Shown: piece by piece, positions 25,374 through 35,518 of the stretch
Numbering within the stretch: the stretch's first letter is position 1
Layout: each line of letters starts with the position of its first letter
From: a virus
Taxonomy: Duplodnaviria; Caudoviricetes
Reading direction: 5' to 3' (one strand)
Virus record (IMG/VR): IMGVR_UViG_3300003375_000020
Location: 19,380 to 83,379 of that record
Length of the DNA: 64,000 bases
Notes under the pieces: generated by a model
What the model was told of the DNA's origin: nothing
The model's database searches: none
What the model saw: the letters and a program-made list of their open reading frames with translations, nothing else
Translations under genes and position numbers: made by a program

Positions 25374-27290
25374 ATGGCTCAATTCAACATTTCCAATCCA
25401 AATTATGGATTTAGTGGTACATCATTAGCTGATGGAGGATATTCTCTTCATACACAACCTTCTGAAAAAACTGCTGATAATTTCGGTCGTCAAAAAGTAA
25501 CTATACATCAAAATGTATATGAAGCTGATTTTGAATACGGATCCCAACCACTACGTTGGGAAGCTTTATTATATGGATCAGCTTCAATTCAACAAGTTCC
25601 AAGTTTAGGAGGTGTTGTAATGCAAGTTGGTACAGGTTCTAATGATACTGCTATTCGACAATCTAGACCATATCATAGATATCAGCCAGGAAAGACAATG
25701 TATATGGCTGCAAATGCTAACTTTGGTGGTCCTATTAATGGCAACTATCAAAGAGTTGGTTTTTTTGATGATTCAAATGGTGCATATTTTGAACAAGGTT
25801 TACCTTCTGTAAATAATCCATATGGAATGTATGCGTGTGTTAGATCTGATGCTAGTTTAACAGGTAGTTTACCAACATCAATTAAAATTCCTTTAAATCT
25901 ATGGAATGGAGATCAATCTTATATATCTACAATTAATTGGTTGAACGTTCAAATGATTTGGATTGAGTATGCATGGTATGGTGCAGGAACTATTAGATTT
26001 GGAGTTACAGCTAATAGTGAACAATACATTTTACATACATACAACACTGCAAATATAGGTCAGGGGCCATGGTCAAGAACTGGTAATTTACCTGTTAGAT
26101 ATGAAGTAAGAAATAGTGGATCTTTTTTATCAGCTAATACAATAGTTACATCGTCTTTTACAAATGGATCTTCTTTCCAATTATCAGGCTCAATTAGTGG
26201 AACATTTTTTACAACATCTAGTACTGGATTAGTTGCAAGTGGTAGTGTCCCTCCAAGATATTATGTTGCAACCGGATCATCTTTATACGCTACTTATCAA
26301 AATATAGCTACAGCAATCAATGCGTCTTCATCTGCATTTGGAATAATAGCCTCTGCATCATCTACAACTCCATCATTATTATTATCAGCGAGTCTTCCTT
26401 TATCTAATAATGGAGCAGTTTCAGCTAGTTATGGATTAAATTTTTCTTATGTAACAGGAAGCGTATCTCAATCTTTTGTTGGTATTACAGCAGGTACCAC
26501 ATTTGTGCATTATGGAGTATCAGTAGTTGTAGAAGGCGGAAGAGATGCTCAAAGAGGTTTTACTTATGCTTATGGAATTAATCCACAACAGCCTAGAAGA
26601 TTAGTAAATGCAGGAGCTTTTAGATTTCCAGTATTGTCTATTCAAAATAGACCTATGGGAACTCAAGAATACACTCAAGCTTCTGCAGCAATAACTTCAG
26701 CTACGACTTCAAGTATTACTGTTTCAGGTACTCCATGGACAAATAATCAATGGCTTGGAAAATCAATTTATTTTCCTACAGGATCACAAGTTGGACGTAT
26801 ATTAAGTAATACAAATAATACTATTAATTTCGTAGATCAAGTTATAGGATTACCTATGACTCAATCTGCTCAAAGTGCAGGAAATGTTTATACAATAGGA
26901 TTAATTAATAGAGGTCAAATTTTACCTTTAAACTTAGTAATTTCTTCTGACCAATTATGCGTAGTTGAATTAATAGCAAGTATACCTAATAATCCTATAA
27001 TATTAACTGGATCATCTTTTGTTCCAATGAATACTTTAGGATCACCTAACTCATTCGTAACAAGAGATATATCAGCTACGCAATTAAATTCAGGATCTGG
27101 AGAAGTAGTATATGCGTTCGTATCGCCTGCTGGTGGATCTGGATTACAAACAATTGATTTAAGTAATTTCTTCCCTTTATATAATACAATTAGAGGTAAT
27201 TTACCTGATATTTTAACTGTAGCTGTTACAACTTCTACTACTGGTTCAAGTGTAGGAGCTCATTTAATTGGACAAGAAGCGATGTCTTAA
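25374..27290 (+). CDS. Ser/Thr/Gly-rich beta-sheet protein, probable virion/fibre component
   Basis: YEADFEYG.QP..W, RYQPGK, WYGAG..RFG motifs; SGS-rich insert; TATATTTAT upstream. Confidence 0.6.
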   Translation: MAQFNISNPNYGFSGTSLADGGYSLHTQPSEKTADNFGRQKVTIHQNVYEADFEYGSQPLRWEALLYGSASIQQVPSLGGVVMQVGTGSNDTAIRQSRPYHRYQPGKTMYMAANANFGGPINGNYQRVGFFDDSNGAYFEQGLPSVNNPYGMYACVRSDASLTGSLPTSIKIPLNLWNGDQSYISTINWLNVQMIWIEYAWYGAGTIRFGVTANSEQYILHTYNTANIGQGPWSRTGNLPVRYEVRNSGSFLSANTIVTSSFTNGSSFQLSGSISGTFFTTSSTGLVASGSVPPRYYVATGSSLYATYQNIATAINASSSAFGIIASASSTTPSLLLSASLPLSNNGAVSASYGLNFSYVTGSVSQSFVGITAGTTFVHYGVSVVVEGGRDAQRGFTYAYGINPQQPRRLVNAGAFRFPVLSIQNRPMGTQEYTQASAAITSATTSSITVSGTPWTNNQWLGKSIYFPTGSQVGRILSNTNNTINFVDQVIGLPMTQSAQSAGNVYTIGLINRGQILPLNLVISSDQLCVVELIASIPNNPIILTGSSFVPMNTLGSPNSFVTRDISATQLNSGSGEVVYAFVSPAGGSGLQTIDLSNFFPLYNTIRGNLPDILTVAVTTSTTGSSVGAHLIGQEAMS

Positions 27291-27388
27291 TCACATAGAT
27301 TTTATATTTTATACTTTAATAGGTATACCTTATATTAGTAGAATATCTACAATATTTGGTATACCTTTTTTTTATTTAAATTTAAATT

Positions 27389-27649
27389 ATGCAACAAACA
27401 AGATCACAAGTAAGTGTATCCATTGACAAAACAACACCAATAGTTTGTGAAGAATGTAAAAATCAAGCTTTTTCTGAAGCAGTAATGATTAGAAAAGTTA
27501 GTAAGTTTTTAATTCCAGGCGGCTCTGCTCAAGACGCTATATCTTCAATTCAAGTTTTTGTGTGCTCTAAATGTGGTCACCTTAATAAAGAATTACTACC
27601 ACCAGAATTATCATCACAATTAAAAGTAGAAGCAGAAGATGGCAACTAG
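27389..27649 (+). CDS. Zinc-ribbon protein
   Basis: CEEC and CSKCGH pairs. Confidence 0.6.
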   Translation: MQQTRSQVSVSIDKTTPIVCEECKNQAFSEAVMIRKVSKFLIPGGSAQDAISSIQVFVCSKCGHLNKELLPPELSSQLKVEAEDGN

Positions 27650-27899
27650 AGATTTTGATGATAAAGTGATTGTTTATGATGAAAAAAATTCTAGAACTAT
27701 TTTAAAAACTGATTCTATAGTTGATTCTATAGTTGATTCTTTTATCGATAGAGCTAAATTTGGAAAATTAAAATATAATACAGATTTAGATAGGTTAGAT
27801 TTATCTTTATCAGATTGGCTACAACACGCAATAGAGGAACACATGGATGCAATACTATACTTAAAAAAAATTAAGAGTATAGTAGATGGAAAAAAATAA
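27639..27899 (+). CDS. Small helical phage protein, possibly all-alpha nucleotide pyrophosphatase-like
   Basis: R...G..KY.TDLDR.DL....WLQHA.EE.MD..LYL. Confidence 0.55.
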   Translation: MATRDFDDKVIVYDEKNSRTILKTDSIVDSIVDSFIDRAKFGKLKYNTDLDRLDLSLSDWLQHAIEEHMDAILYLKKIKSIVDGKK

Positions 27900-27902
27900 G
27901 TT

Positions 27903-28802
27903 ATGGCAAAAAGGGAATCCACTATAAATTATGCTTACCAAAAGTCTGTTTCGTATTCTCAGTATTCAATGTATAAACAGTGTAACTTTAGATGGTATTT
28001 AAACTATGTAAAGAAACAAAAAGTATTTAAACCAAGTATTCATACATTATTTGGTACTAGTTTCCATGAAACAATACAAGAATATTTAAGACTAATGTAC
28101 GAAGAGTCTGTAAAAAAATCCGAAGAATTTGATTATGAAGCTTTCTTGAAAGAAAGAATGATAGTCAATTACTCAGAAGAAAAAGAAAAAAATAAGAGTG
28201 AACACTACGTAAGTAAAGAAGATTTTATGGCCTTCATACAAGATGGTGTTAACATTCTTTCTTGGCTAAAAAAACATAGAAAAAAATATTTTACTACAAA
28301 GAGAGTAAAGCTAATTGGAATCGAAATTCCAATGGAACAATATATTGTTGATGATATTCCAAATGTCATTATGCAAGGATATATAGACATTATTTTTTAC
28401 GATGAAGATTTAAAGAAATATAAAATTATTGATTTTAAAACAAGCACAGGTGGATGGAAAGATTCTGATAAAAAGGATGATCTAAAATTAAGTCAAATAC
28501 TATTGTACAAGCATTTCTATTCAAGAGCTTTAAAAATAACTCCTGAAGAAGTCGATGTTTTATTCATGATAGTAAAAAGACGCCCATTTATTAGTGAAGA
28601 ATTTCCAACTCACTGGGTTCAAGAAATTATACCCGCTCAAGGAAAATCAAAATTAAAAAAGTCTGTAGAAGAATTTGAATCTTTTGTTAGAGAGTGTTTT
28701 ACTAAAGACGCAAAATATATAGACAAAGAGTACCAGAAAAATTTCAATGGATGTAAATGGTGTGAATTTAAAGATCGACCTGATCTTTGTTCAAAATCTT
28801 AA
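27903..28802 (+). CDS. PD-(D/E)XK RecB/Cas4-like exonuclease with Fe-S cysteines
   Basis: SYSQ...C, FGT.FH, GYID, IIDFKT, CKWCEF...C. Confidence 0.85.
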   Translation: MAKRESTINYAYQKSVSYSQYSMYKQCNFRWYLNYVKKQKVFKPSIHTLFGTSFHETIQEYLRLMYEESVKKSEEFDYEAFLKERMIVNYSEEKEKNKSEHYVSKEDFMAFIQDGVNILSWLKKHRKKYFTTKRVKLIGIEIPMEQYIVDDIPNVIMQGYIDIIFYDEDLKKYKIIDFKTSTGGWKDSDKKDDLKLSQILLYKHFYSRALKITPEEVDVLFMIVKRRPFISEEFPTHWVQEIIPAQGKSKLKKSVEEFESFVRECFTKDAKYIDKEYQKNFNGCKWCEFKDRPDLCSKS

Positions 28803-28863
28803 ATTATTTTTATATATATAGATATTTAACTTGTATATGTAGATATTTATAGAAAAGAATACG

Positions 28864-29082
28864 ATGACACAAAAACCAAAAAGATCTACAACGTCTCTGA
28901 AGATACCAGAGACTCTATACGAGGACTTCAAAGTAACCTGTATAAAATCTAAGATGAACTTACAAGAGGTGGTAGAAAGAGCTCTATATCTCTACATGAC
29001 AGATGAGGCATTTAGAAAGACAATATACAATCAAATAAACACACATTACACTGGATCAGAAAACCCAGGATTAGTAAAATAA
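28864..29082 (+). CDS. Ribbon-helix-helix DNA-binding protein
   Basis: TTSLKIPETLYEDFK...MNLQEVVERAL. Confidence 0.7.
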   Translation: MTQKPKRSTTSLKIPETLYEDFKVTCIKSKMNLQEVVERALYLYMTDEAFRKTIYNQINTHYTGSENPGLVK

Positions 29083-29095
29083 ATTAAAGCTCGTT

Positions 29096-30577
29096 ATGAT
29101 AGAAGGTTATATACCACAAAAGGACAGAAAAAAAATTCTGTTATTATGCGATGATATTAGAATGACAAGTGGAATTTCCACTATGGCAAGAGAAATTGTA
29201 GTTAATACTGCGCACGTTTTTAATTGGGCAAATTTAGGCGGCGCAATCAATCACCCAGATCAAGGAAAAAGATTAGATATCTGTGAAGATACTAATAAAA
29301 TATTAGGAATTAATGATGCTTATGTGTTCGTTTATCCAATCAATGGTTATGGTAGTCAAGAATTGGTTAGAAATCTAATCGAAATAGAAAAGCCAGATGC
29401 ATTGATGATGTTCACTGATCCAAGGTATTGGACATGGTTATTTCAAATGGAGAACGAGATTAGAAAAATGATTCCTATGATCTATTTAAATATCTGGGAT
29501 GATTTACCTGCGCCACTATATAATAAAGCATATTATGAATCATGCGATGCTTTGTTAGCAATTTCAAAACAAACTAAAAATATCAATGATCTTGTTTTAG
29601 GAGAAAAAGCAAAAGATAAAGTAATTAAGTACATTCCACACGGAATTAACGAAAAACATTTTTATCCCATCGATCCAGAATATATGTTAGAAGACTATTT
29701 AAAAGTTCAAGACATGAAAAAAGATCTTTTTAAAGGAAAAGAGTACGAGTTTGTTTTATTCTATAATGCAAGAAACATTAGAAGAAAATGTGTTTCTGAT
29801 TTAATTGCTGCATGGTCACATTTTTGTGATGAGATTGGAGAAGAAAATGCTGCTAAATGCGCTTTATTGTTGCACACTCAAGCTTTAGATGAAAATGGCA
29901 CAGATTTACCTGCAGTGATAAATTTACTTTGTTCAGAAGATCATAAGAACGTCATTATTAATGATAGTAGACTTCCAGTAGATCAAATGAATTTAATGTA
30001 TAATCTTTCTGACGCGGTGGCTTTAATATCTTCTAATGAAGGTTGGGGATTGAGTTTAACAGAAGGCATGATGTGTGGAAAACCAATCATTGCTACTGTA
30101 ACTGGTGGAATGCAAGATCAAATGAGATTTGAAGATGAAGATGGAAATTGGTTTACGCCGTCAAAAGAAATTCCTTCTAATCATTTTGGTACCTATAAAA
30201 AACACGGCAAATGGGCATTCCCAGTATTTCCTAGCAATATGAGTTTGGTAGGATCAATTCCAACTCCTTACATTTGGGATGATAGAGCAGATTTTAGAGA
30301 TATTACTATTCAAATTCAAGAAGTGTATGCATTAAAAACTGATCAACCTAAATATGGTTCCTTAACTAGAGGTTTTGAAACATATGAAGATGTCTGTAAA
30401 GCTGCTAGAGAATGGGTTACATCAGATGAATCAATGATGAGTGCGCGATTAATGGCTAAAAATGTAATTGAAGGCATCAACGAAACTTTTGATAGATGTA
30501 AACCAAGAAATAAATTCGAATTCAATAAAATAGAAGATTTAAAACCAAAAAGTATACCACACCCTTTAACATATTAA
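29096..30577 (+). CDS. Glycosyltransferase, GT4-like
   Basis: IPHGIN, RNIRRK, SSNEGWGLSLTEGM..GKPII. Confidence 0.88.
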   Translation: MIEGYIPQKDRKKILLLCDDIRMTSGISTMAREIVVNTAHVFNWANLGGAINHPDQGKRLDICEDTNKILGINDAYVFVYPINGYGSQELVRNLIEIEKPDALMMFTDPRYWTWLFQMENEIRKMIPMIYLNIWDDLPAPLYNKAYYESCDALLAISKQTKNINDLVLGEKAKDKVIKYIPHGINEKHFYPIDPEYMLEDYLKVQDMKKDLFKGKEYEFVLFYNARNIRRKCVSDLIAAWSHFCDEIGEENAAKCALLLHTQALDENGTDLPAVINLLCSEDHKNVIINDSRLPVDQMNLMYNLSDAVALISSNEGWGLSLTEGMMCGKPIIATVTGGMQDQMRFEDEDGNWFTPSKEIPSNHFGTYKKHGKWAFPVFPSNMSLVGSIPTPYIWDDRADFRDITIQIQEVYALKTDQPKYGSLTRGFETYEDVCKAAREWVTSDESMMSARLMAKNVIEGINETFDRCKPRNKFEFNKIEDLKPKSIPHPLTY

Positions 30578-30583
30578 TAGTCT

Positions 30584-31891
30584 ATGAAGCAGTACGCAGT
30601 TATATCGTGTCCAATTGATACATACTCAGGATACGGAGCAAGAAGTAGAGATTTTGTAAAAGCTCTTTACGAATTAAAAAAAGATGAATGGGAAATTGAA
30701 ATTTTGCCTCAAAGATGGGGATCAACTCCATGGGGATATATAGCAGACAATAAAAATGAATGGGGATGGATGATTCCTTTATTTAATAACTCAGGACAAA
30801 TGAAAAAACAACCTGATTTTTGGTGTCAAATTACTGTTCCCAACGAATTTCAACCTGTTGGAAAGTACAATTTAGGACTAACGGCTGGTATAGAAACAAC
30901 TATTTGTCACGCTAGTTGGATTGATGGAATCAATCGAATGAATTTAACTTTAGTGTCTTCTGAACATGCAAAAAATGTTTTTAAACAAACAACCTTTCAA
31001 GAAAAAAATCCTCAAGGTCAAATAACAAGAGAGATTAAATTAGAAAAGCCAGTAGATGTATTATTTGAAGGCGCAGATTTAAACAAATACTTTTTTATAG
31101 AAGACGACGCAATAGAAGGTACTGATTTAGTTTTAAAGCTAGACGAAATTAAAGAGAGTTTTTGTTATTTAGTCGTAGGTCATTGGTTACAGGGAGATTT
31201 AGGAGAAGATAGAAAAAATATAGGGTTAACAATTAAAACATTCTTAGAAACTTTTAAGAATAAAAAGAATAAACCCGCTATGGTACTTAAGATCTCAAGT
31301 GGCGGCGCAAGTATAATGGATAGAGAAGCAATTTTAGAAAAGATTGATTCAATTAGAAAATCAATTGATTCTAAAGATTTACCAAGTCTATATTTACTTC
31401 ATGGAGAATTAGATGATCAAGATATGAATTATCTTTATAATCATGGAAAAATTAAAGCCATGGTTAGTTTAACTAAAGGCGAAGGATTTGGTAGACCTTT
31501 ATTAGAGTTCAGCTTATCAAAGAAACCTATTATAGCAACAGCATACTCAGGTCATACAGATTTTTTATTTATGGAATACACAGCAATGGTAGGAGGTCAA
31601 GTAACTCAAATTCATCCATCCGCAGTAGTAGAAAATATGTTAATTCCAGAATCAGGATGGTTTTCTGCTGATATTAAACAAGCAGAATTTTATCTTAGAG
31701 ATGTTTTTGAAAAATATCCTAAATATGTAGAGAAAGCAAAACAACAAGCTCATAAATCAAAAACAATGTTTTCTTTTGAAGAAATGAAAAATAAATTAGG
31801 TTTATATCTAGATAAAGTTCCTAAACAAGTTGGATTAAAATTACCAACCTTAAAAAAGATAGAACTTCCCACAATTAAAAAAGACGAATAA
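30584..31891 (+). CDS. Glycosyltransferase, GT4-like
   Basis: SGYG, EDRKN, KGEGFGRPLLE...KPII. Confidence 0.88.
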   Translation: MKQYAVISCPIDTYSGYGARSRDFVKALYELKKDEWEIEILPQRWGSTPWGYIADNKNEWGWMIPLFNNSGQMKKQPDFWCQITVPNEFQPVGKYNLGLTAGIETTICHASWIDGINRMNLTLVSSEHAKNVFKQTTFQEKNPQGQITREIKLEKPVDVLFEGADLNKYFFIEDDAIEGTDLVLKLDEIKESFCYLVVGHWLQGDLGEDRKNIGLTIKTFLETFKNKKNKPAMVLKISSGGASIMDREAILEKIDSIRKSIDSKDLPSLYLLHGELDDQDMNYLYNHGKIKAMVSLTKGEGFGRPLLEFSLSKKPIIATAYSGHTDFLFMEYTAMVGGQVTQIHPSAVVENMLIPESGWFSADIKQAEFYLRDVFEKYPKYVEKAKQQAHKSKTMFSFEEMKNKLGLYLDKVPKQVGLKLPTLKKIELPTIKKDE

Positions 31892-32343
31892 TGATAGACA
31901 CTACTTTAATGCTATGTCCTCTTTGTAAACAAGATGAATGTTGCAACATAGAACCAATAAATGAATTTCATAACAAGTATTCTTGTATTGCGTGTGGATT
32001 TGAAACAACCGATTTAATGAGAGAAGGTGAGTTTGATTTTTTTGCTTATGAAGAAGATGATGCTTTTCCCATGTTATATAAAGATATTAAACAAACAGAT
32101 GAAATTAAAAGAGTTTGGTATCCAATGACAATAAACATCAAAGGCAAAGGTACTGTTTATCCATTTGGAAAATTTGCAGATGATTGGCAATGGAGAGCAA
32201 CTAAAAGTATTAGGTTAACAGAAGAAGAATTAAAATTACCTAAATACAAAGGACAATCACATAAGTCTGATGCATCTTCTACTCAAGATTTTGGAAGAGA
32301 TTTTTACGCTGCGTGTGATTATATAAATTTATTTGATATATGA
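31891..32343 (+). CDS. Hypothetical protein with Cys pairs
   Basis: CPLC, CIACG. Confidence 0.55.
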   Translation: MIDTTLMLCPLCKQDECCNIEPINEFHNKYSCIACGFETTDLMREGEFDFFAYEEDDAFPMLYKDIKQTDEIKRVWYPMTINIKGKGTVYPFGKFADDWQWRATKSIRLTEEELKLPKYKGQSHKSDASSTQDFGRDFYAACDYINLFDI

Positions 32344-32966
32344 ATAGAGTAAGTATCAGTTATGCTATTACAGCATGTAATGAACACATAGAATTAAAAA
32401 GATTATTAGATCAATTATTATCTTATATTGAGGATAATGATGAAATAGTTGTACAATTAGATACAACAGCTACAGATGAAGTTATATCTACGGTGAAAGA
32501 ATATTTTGATAGGGTTACATTTACTCAATATTCTTTGAATAATGATTTTGCATCATTTAAAAATAATTTAAAATCTAATTGTTCAAAAGAGTATATTTTC
32601 TTTATCGACGCAGATGAGTATTTATCAAGTTCATTAATATCTCACTTAAAAACTATTTTAACAGAAAATAGGCCAATAGAATGTGTACACGTTCCAAGAG
32701 TTAATACTGTAACTGGATTGACCAAAGAACACATCGAAAAGTGGAGATGGAATGTAAATAAAAAAGGGTACATCAATTGGCCAGATTATCAGACAAGGAT
32801 AATTAAAAATCAACCATCTCTAAAATGGGAAGGTAAAGTTCATGAAAGAATTTGTGGTTGTCAAATTTATACTTACTTACCAGATTCTGATGAAACATGG
32901 GCATTATATCATCCTAAAGATATTAAACGACAAGAAAAACAAAACAGTTTATACGATACAATATGA
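32340..32966 (+). CDS. Glycosyltransferase family 2
   Basis: ISYAITACNE, FIDADE, WPDYQ.R, W.GKVHE. Confidence 0.9.
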   Translation: MNRVSISYAITACNEHIELKRLLDQLLSYIEDNDEIVVQLDTTATDEVISTVKEYFDRVTFTQYSLNNDFASFKNNLKSNCSKEYIFFIDADEYLSSSLISHLKTILTENRPIECVHVPRVNTVTGLTKEHIEKWRWNVNKKGYINWPDYQTRIIKNQPSLKWEGKVHERICGCQIYTYLPDSDETWALYHPKDIKRQEKQNSLYDTI

Positions 32967-33946
32967 GTGAAAAAGTTGCGTTAATAACAGGAATAAATGG
33001 ACAAGACGGATCTTATTTGACTGAATATCTTATTGGCTTAGGGTATGAAGTTCATGGTACTTTAAAAAGAAATTCTGTCGCTGAAAATCAAACTTCAAGA
33101 ATAGAAGATGATTATCCATACATTAAAAACAATTTGCACTATGCAGATATGACTGATCTTTCTTCTTTAATTAGAGTAATTAATAAAGTTGAACCAGACG
33201 AGATATATAATTTAGCAGCGCAGTCTCATGTTAGAATTTCTTTTGATCAACCTATATATACAGCTAACGCAACAGGTTTAGGTGTTCTAAACATGTTAGA
33301 AGCAATAAAAGAAATTAATCCTAAAATAAAATTGTATCAAGCTTCTTCATCTGAAATGTTTGGTAACTCAATAGATTCAGACGGATTTCAAAGAGAGACC
33401 ACTCCAATGAATCCTGTATCACCATATGGATGCGCTAAATTATTTGGTTATAACATAGCAAGAAATTATAGAAATTCTTATGGATTGTTCGTGTCTAATG
33501 GAATTTTATTTAATCATGAATCTCCAAGAAGAGGTACTAATTTTGTAACAAATAAAGTTTGTAAAGAAGCTGCTAAAATTAAATATATATCGTCAAATAA
33601 ATTACTATTAGGAAATTTAGATGCCGCAAGAGATTGGGGCCACGCTAAGGATTATGTAAAAGCAATGCATATGATTTTACAGTTAGATCAACCAGACGAT
33701 TTTGTATGTGCTACAGGAATTTCCCATACAGTAAGAGAATTATGTGAATTAGCATTTAATGAAATTGGATTAGATTATAGAAAATGGGTTGATATTGATG
33801 AAAAATTTCTAAGACCCGAAGAACTTAAATCTTTAAAAGGTGATGCTTCAAAATTAAAAGCCGCCACAGGATGGGAACCAAAATACGATTTTGAAAGTAT
33901 GATAAAAGAAATGATCGATTATTGGGTAAGAGAATATGCATTTTAA
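32963..33946 (+). CDS. gmd: GDP-mannose 4,6-dehydratase
   Basis: ITGINGQDGSYL, YNLAAQSHV, QASSSE, SPYGCAK, FNHESPRRG..FVT.K, RDWGHAKDYV. Confidence 0.96.
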   Translation: MSEKVALITGINGQDGSYLTEYLIGLGYEVHGTLKRNSVAENQTSRIEDDYPYIKNNLHYADMTDLSSLIRVINKVEPDEIYNLAAQSHVRISFDQPIYTANATGLGVLNMLEAIKEINPKIKLYQASSSEMFGNSIDSDGFQRETTPMNPVSPYGCAKLFGYNIARNYRNSYGLFVSNGILFNHESPRRGTNFVTNKVCKEAAKIKYISSNKLLLGNLDAARDWGHAKDYVKAMHMILQLDQPDDFVCATGISHTVRELCELAFNEIGLDYRKWVDIDEKFLRPEELKSLKGDASKLKAATGWEPKYDFESMIKEMIDYWVREYAF

Positions 33947-33947
33947 T

Positions 33948-34847
33948 ATGAAAAAATTAATTACTGGTGGAACTGGATTAATAGGATCTGCTTTTGAAGA
34001 AGGAGAAAAAGTTGGATCTAAATATAATTTAGTTAGTTTATTTGATACTGGATTAATGTTTAGAGATTACAAACCAGACGTTGTAATTCACTGCGCGGCC
34101 AAAGTAGGTGGTGTAGGCGCAAATATGAATTATCCAGCAGAATTCTATTATAAAAATATTATGATGAATACAAACATCATAGATACGTGCTATAGAAGAG
34201 AAGTAAAAAAATTAGTTTGCTTTTTATCAACTTGTGTATTTCCAAATGATGTTGAATATCCTTTAGATGAAACTAAAATACATTTAGGAGAACCACATTT
34301 TACTAATGCTCCTTATGCTTATGCTAAGAGAATGGCTGATGTACAAATTCAAGCTTACAATAAACAATATGATACCAAATATTTTTCTGTTATTCCTTGC
34401 AATGTTTATGGTCCAAACGATAATTACAATTTAGATAACGGTCACGTTATACCAACATTAATTCACAAGTGTTATTTAGCGAAACAAAATAATACACCAT
34501 TTGAAGTTTGGGGTGATGGAACACCATTAAGAGAATTTATATTTTCTAAAGACGTTGCGAATATTGTGGATTTATTACTAGAAAAGTATGAGGGAACTGA
34601 TCCTGTCATTATTTCTAATCCTACTGAGTATACTATCAAACAAGTTGTAGATCTTATTGTTGAGCATCTGGGCTTCGATGGAGAAGTAAAATGGTTAACT
34701 GATAAACCAAATGGACAATATAGAAAACCTTCAAGCAATAAAAAATTATTAAGCATAATAGGTGAATATAATTTTACCACCCTAGAAATAGGTTTAAAAG
34801 AATCAATAGATTGGTTTATATTAAATTATCCAAAGATTAGAAAATAA
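33948..34847 (+). CDS. fcl: GDP-L-fucose synthase (epimerase/reductase)
   Basis: TGGTGLIG, AAKVGG..AN, STC.FP, YAYAKR, P.N.YGP.DN, WGDG.P.REF; start at 33948. Confidence 0.93.
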   Translation: MKKLITGGTGLIGSAFEEGEKVGSKYNLVSLFDTGLMFRDYKPDVVIHCAAKVGGVGANMNYPAEFYYKNIMMNTNIIDTCYRREVKKLVCFLSTCVFPNDVEYPLDETKIHLGEPHFTNAPYAYAKRMADVQIQAYNKQYDTKYFSVIPCNVYGPNDNYNLDNGHVIPTLIHKCYLAKQNNTPFEVWGDGTPLREFIFSKDVANIVDLLLEKYEGTDPVIISNPTEYTIKQVVDLIVEHLGFDGEVKWLTDKPNGQYRKPSSNKKLLSIIGEYNFTTLEIGLKESIDWFILNYPKIRK

Positions 34848-35518
34848 TGACTAGAGAATTGGTTATAGCAGCATACGATAATTATCTAGATTGGTTAGAT
34901 AAAATAAATTCTAACATTAAAATAACAGTATATAGAAAAGGAGATGAAGCATCTCAAAGAGACGCAGAAATTAAATTACCCGTAAATAAAGGAAGGTGCG
35001 TACATACATTTTTTAATCATCTATATTTAAATTATGATAATTTATCAGACATCACTTTCTTTGCACAAGATTATCCCTTTGATCATTGGCAAAATATAGT
35101 AGAAGTTATTAATAATAAAACTGAAGATGAAGAATGTCAATTAAAAATAGGTGGGTATTATGGATTTCACTTTAATACCATAACAATACCAGGGCCTAAG
35201 GGAGGTAGAATGTGGAATTTAAAAAAATCAAATCAACATGGAAACGGAAATGTATTAATCTGTCAAAGTAATGGTCAACCACAAGACGCAAATCCTAATA
35301 TAAATGTTGATAAGTATTGGTTTAAATTCTTTGAATCACTTCATCCACAAGAATATGAGTTTATGCCAGGAGGACATTTCGGAATTACTAAAGAACATGC
35401 TCAATTAAGATCTAAAGATTTTTATAAAAAAGTGTGTGATCTTTTATTAGAAGAAGAATCTGCTCCATGGAATATAGAAAGATTAGAATGTTACATATTT
35501 AACCCAAAAATAAAATGA
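34847..35518 (+). CDS. DUF3431-like protein
   Basis: ELVIAAY...W, GR..HT...H...NYDNL....FFAQ..PFDH. Confidence 0.7.
   Translation: MTRELVIAAYDNYLDWLDKINSNIKITVYRKGDEASQRDAEIKLPVNKGRCVHTFFNHLYLNYDNLSDITFFAQDYPFDHWQNIVEVINNKTEDEECQLKIGGYYGFHFNTITIPGPKGGRMWNLKKSNQHGNGNVLICQSNGQPQDANPNINVDKYWFKFFESLHPQEYEFMPGGHFGITKEHAQLRSKDFYKKVCDLLLEEESAPWNIERLECYIFNPKIK

Noticed and set aside
27711-27740. 12-bp tandem repeat GATTCTATAGTT x2.5 (DSIVDSIVDS)
   Set aside because: In-frame and short; looks like ordinary amphipathic-helix periodicity or a local duplication
27903-28802. Cas4-like nuclease as a sign of CRISPR
   Set aside because: No repeat-spacer array or other cas genes in the window; stand-alone PD-(D/E)XK exonucleases are common in phages
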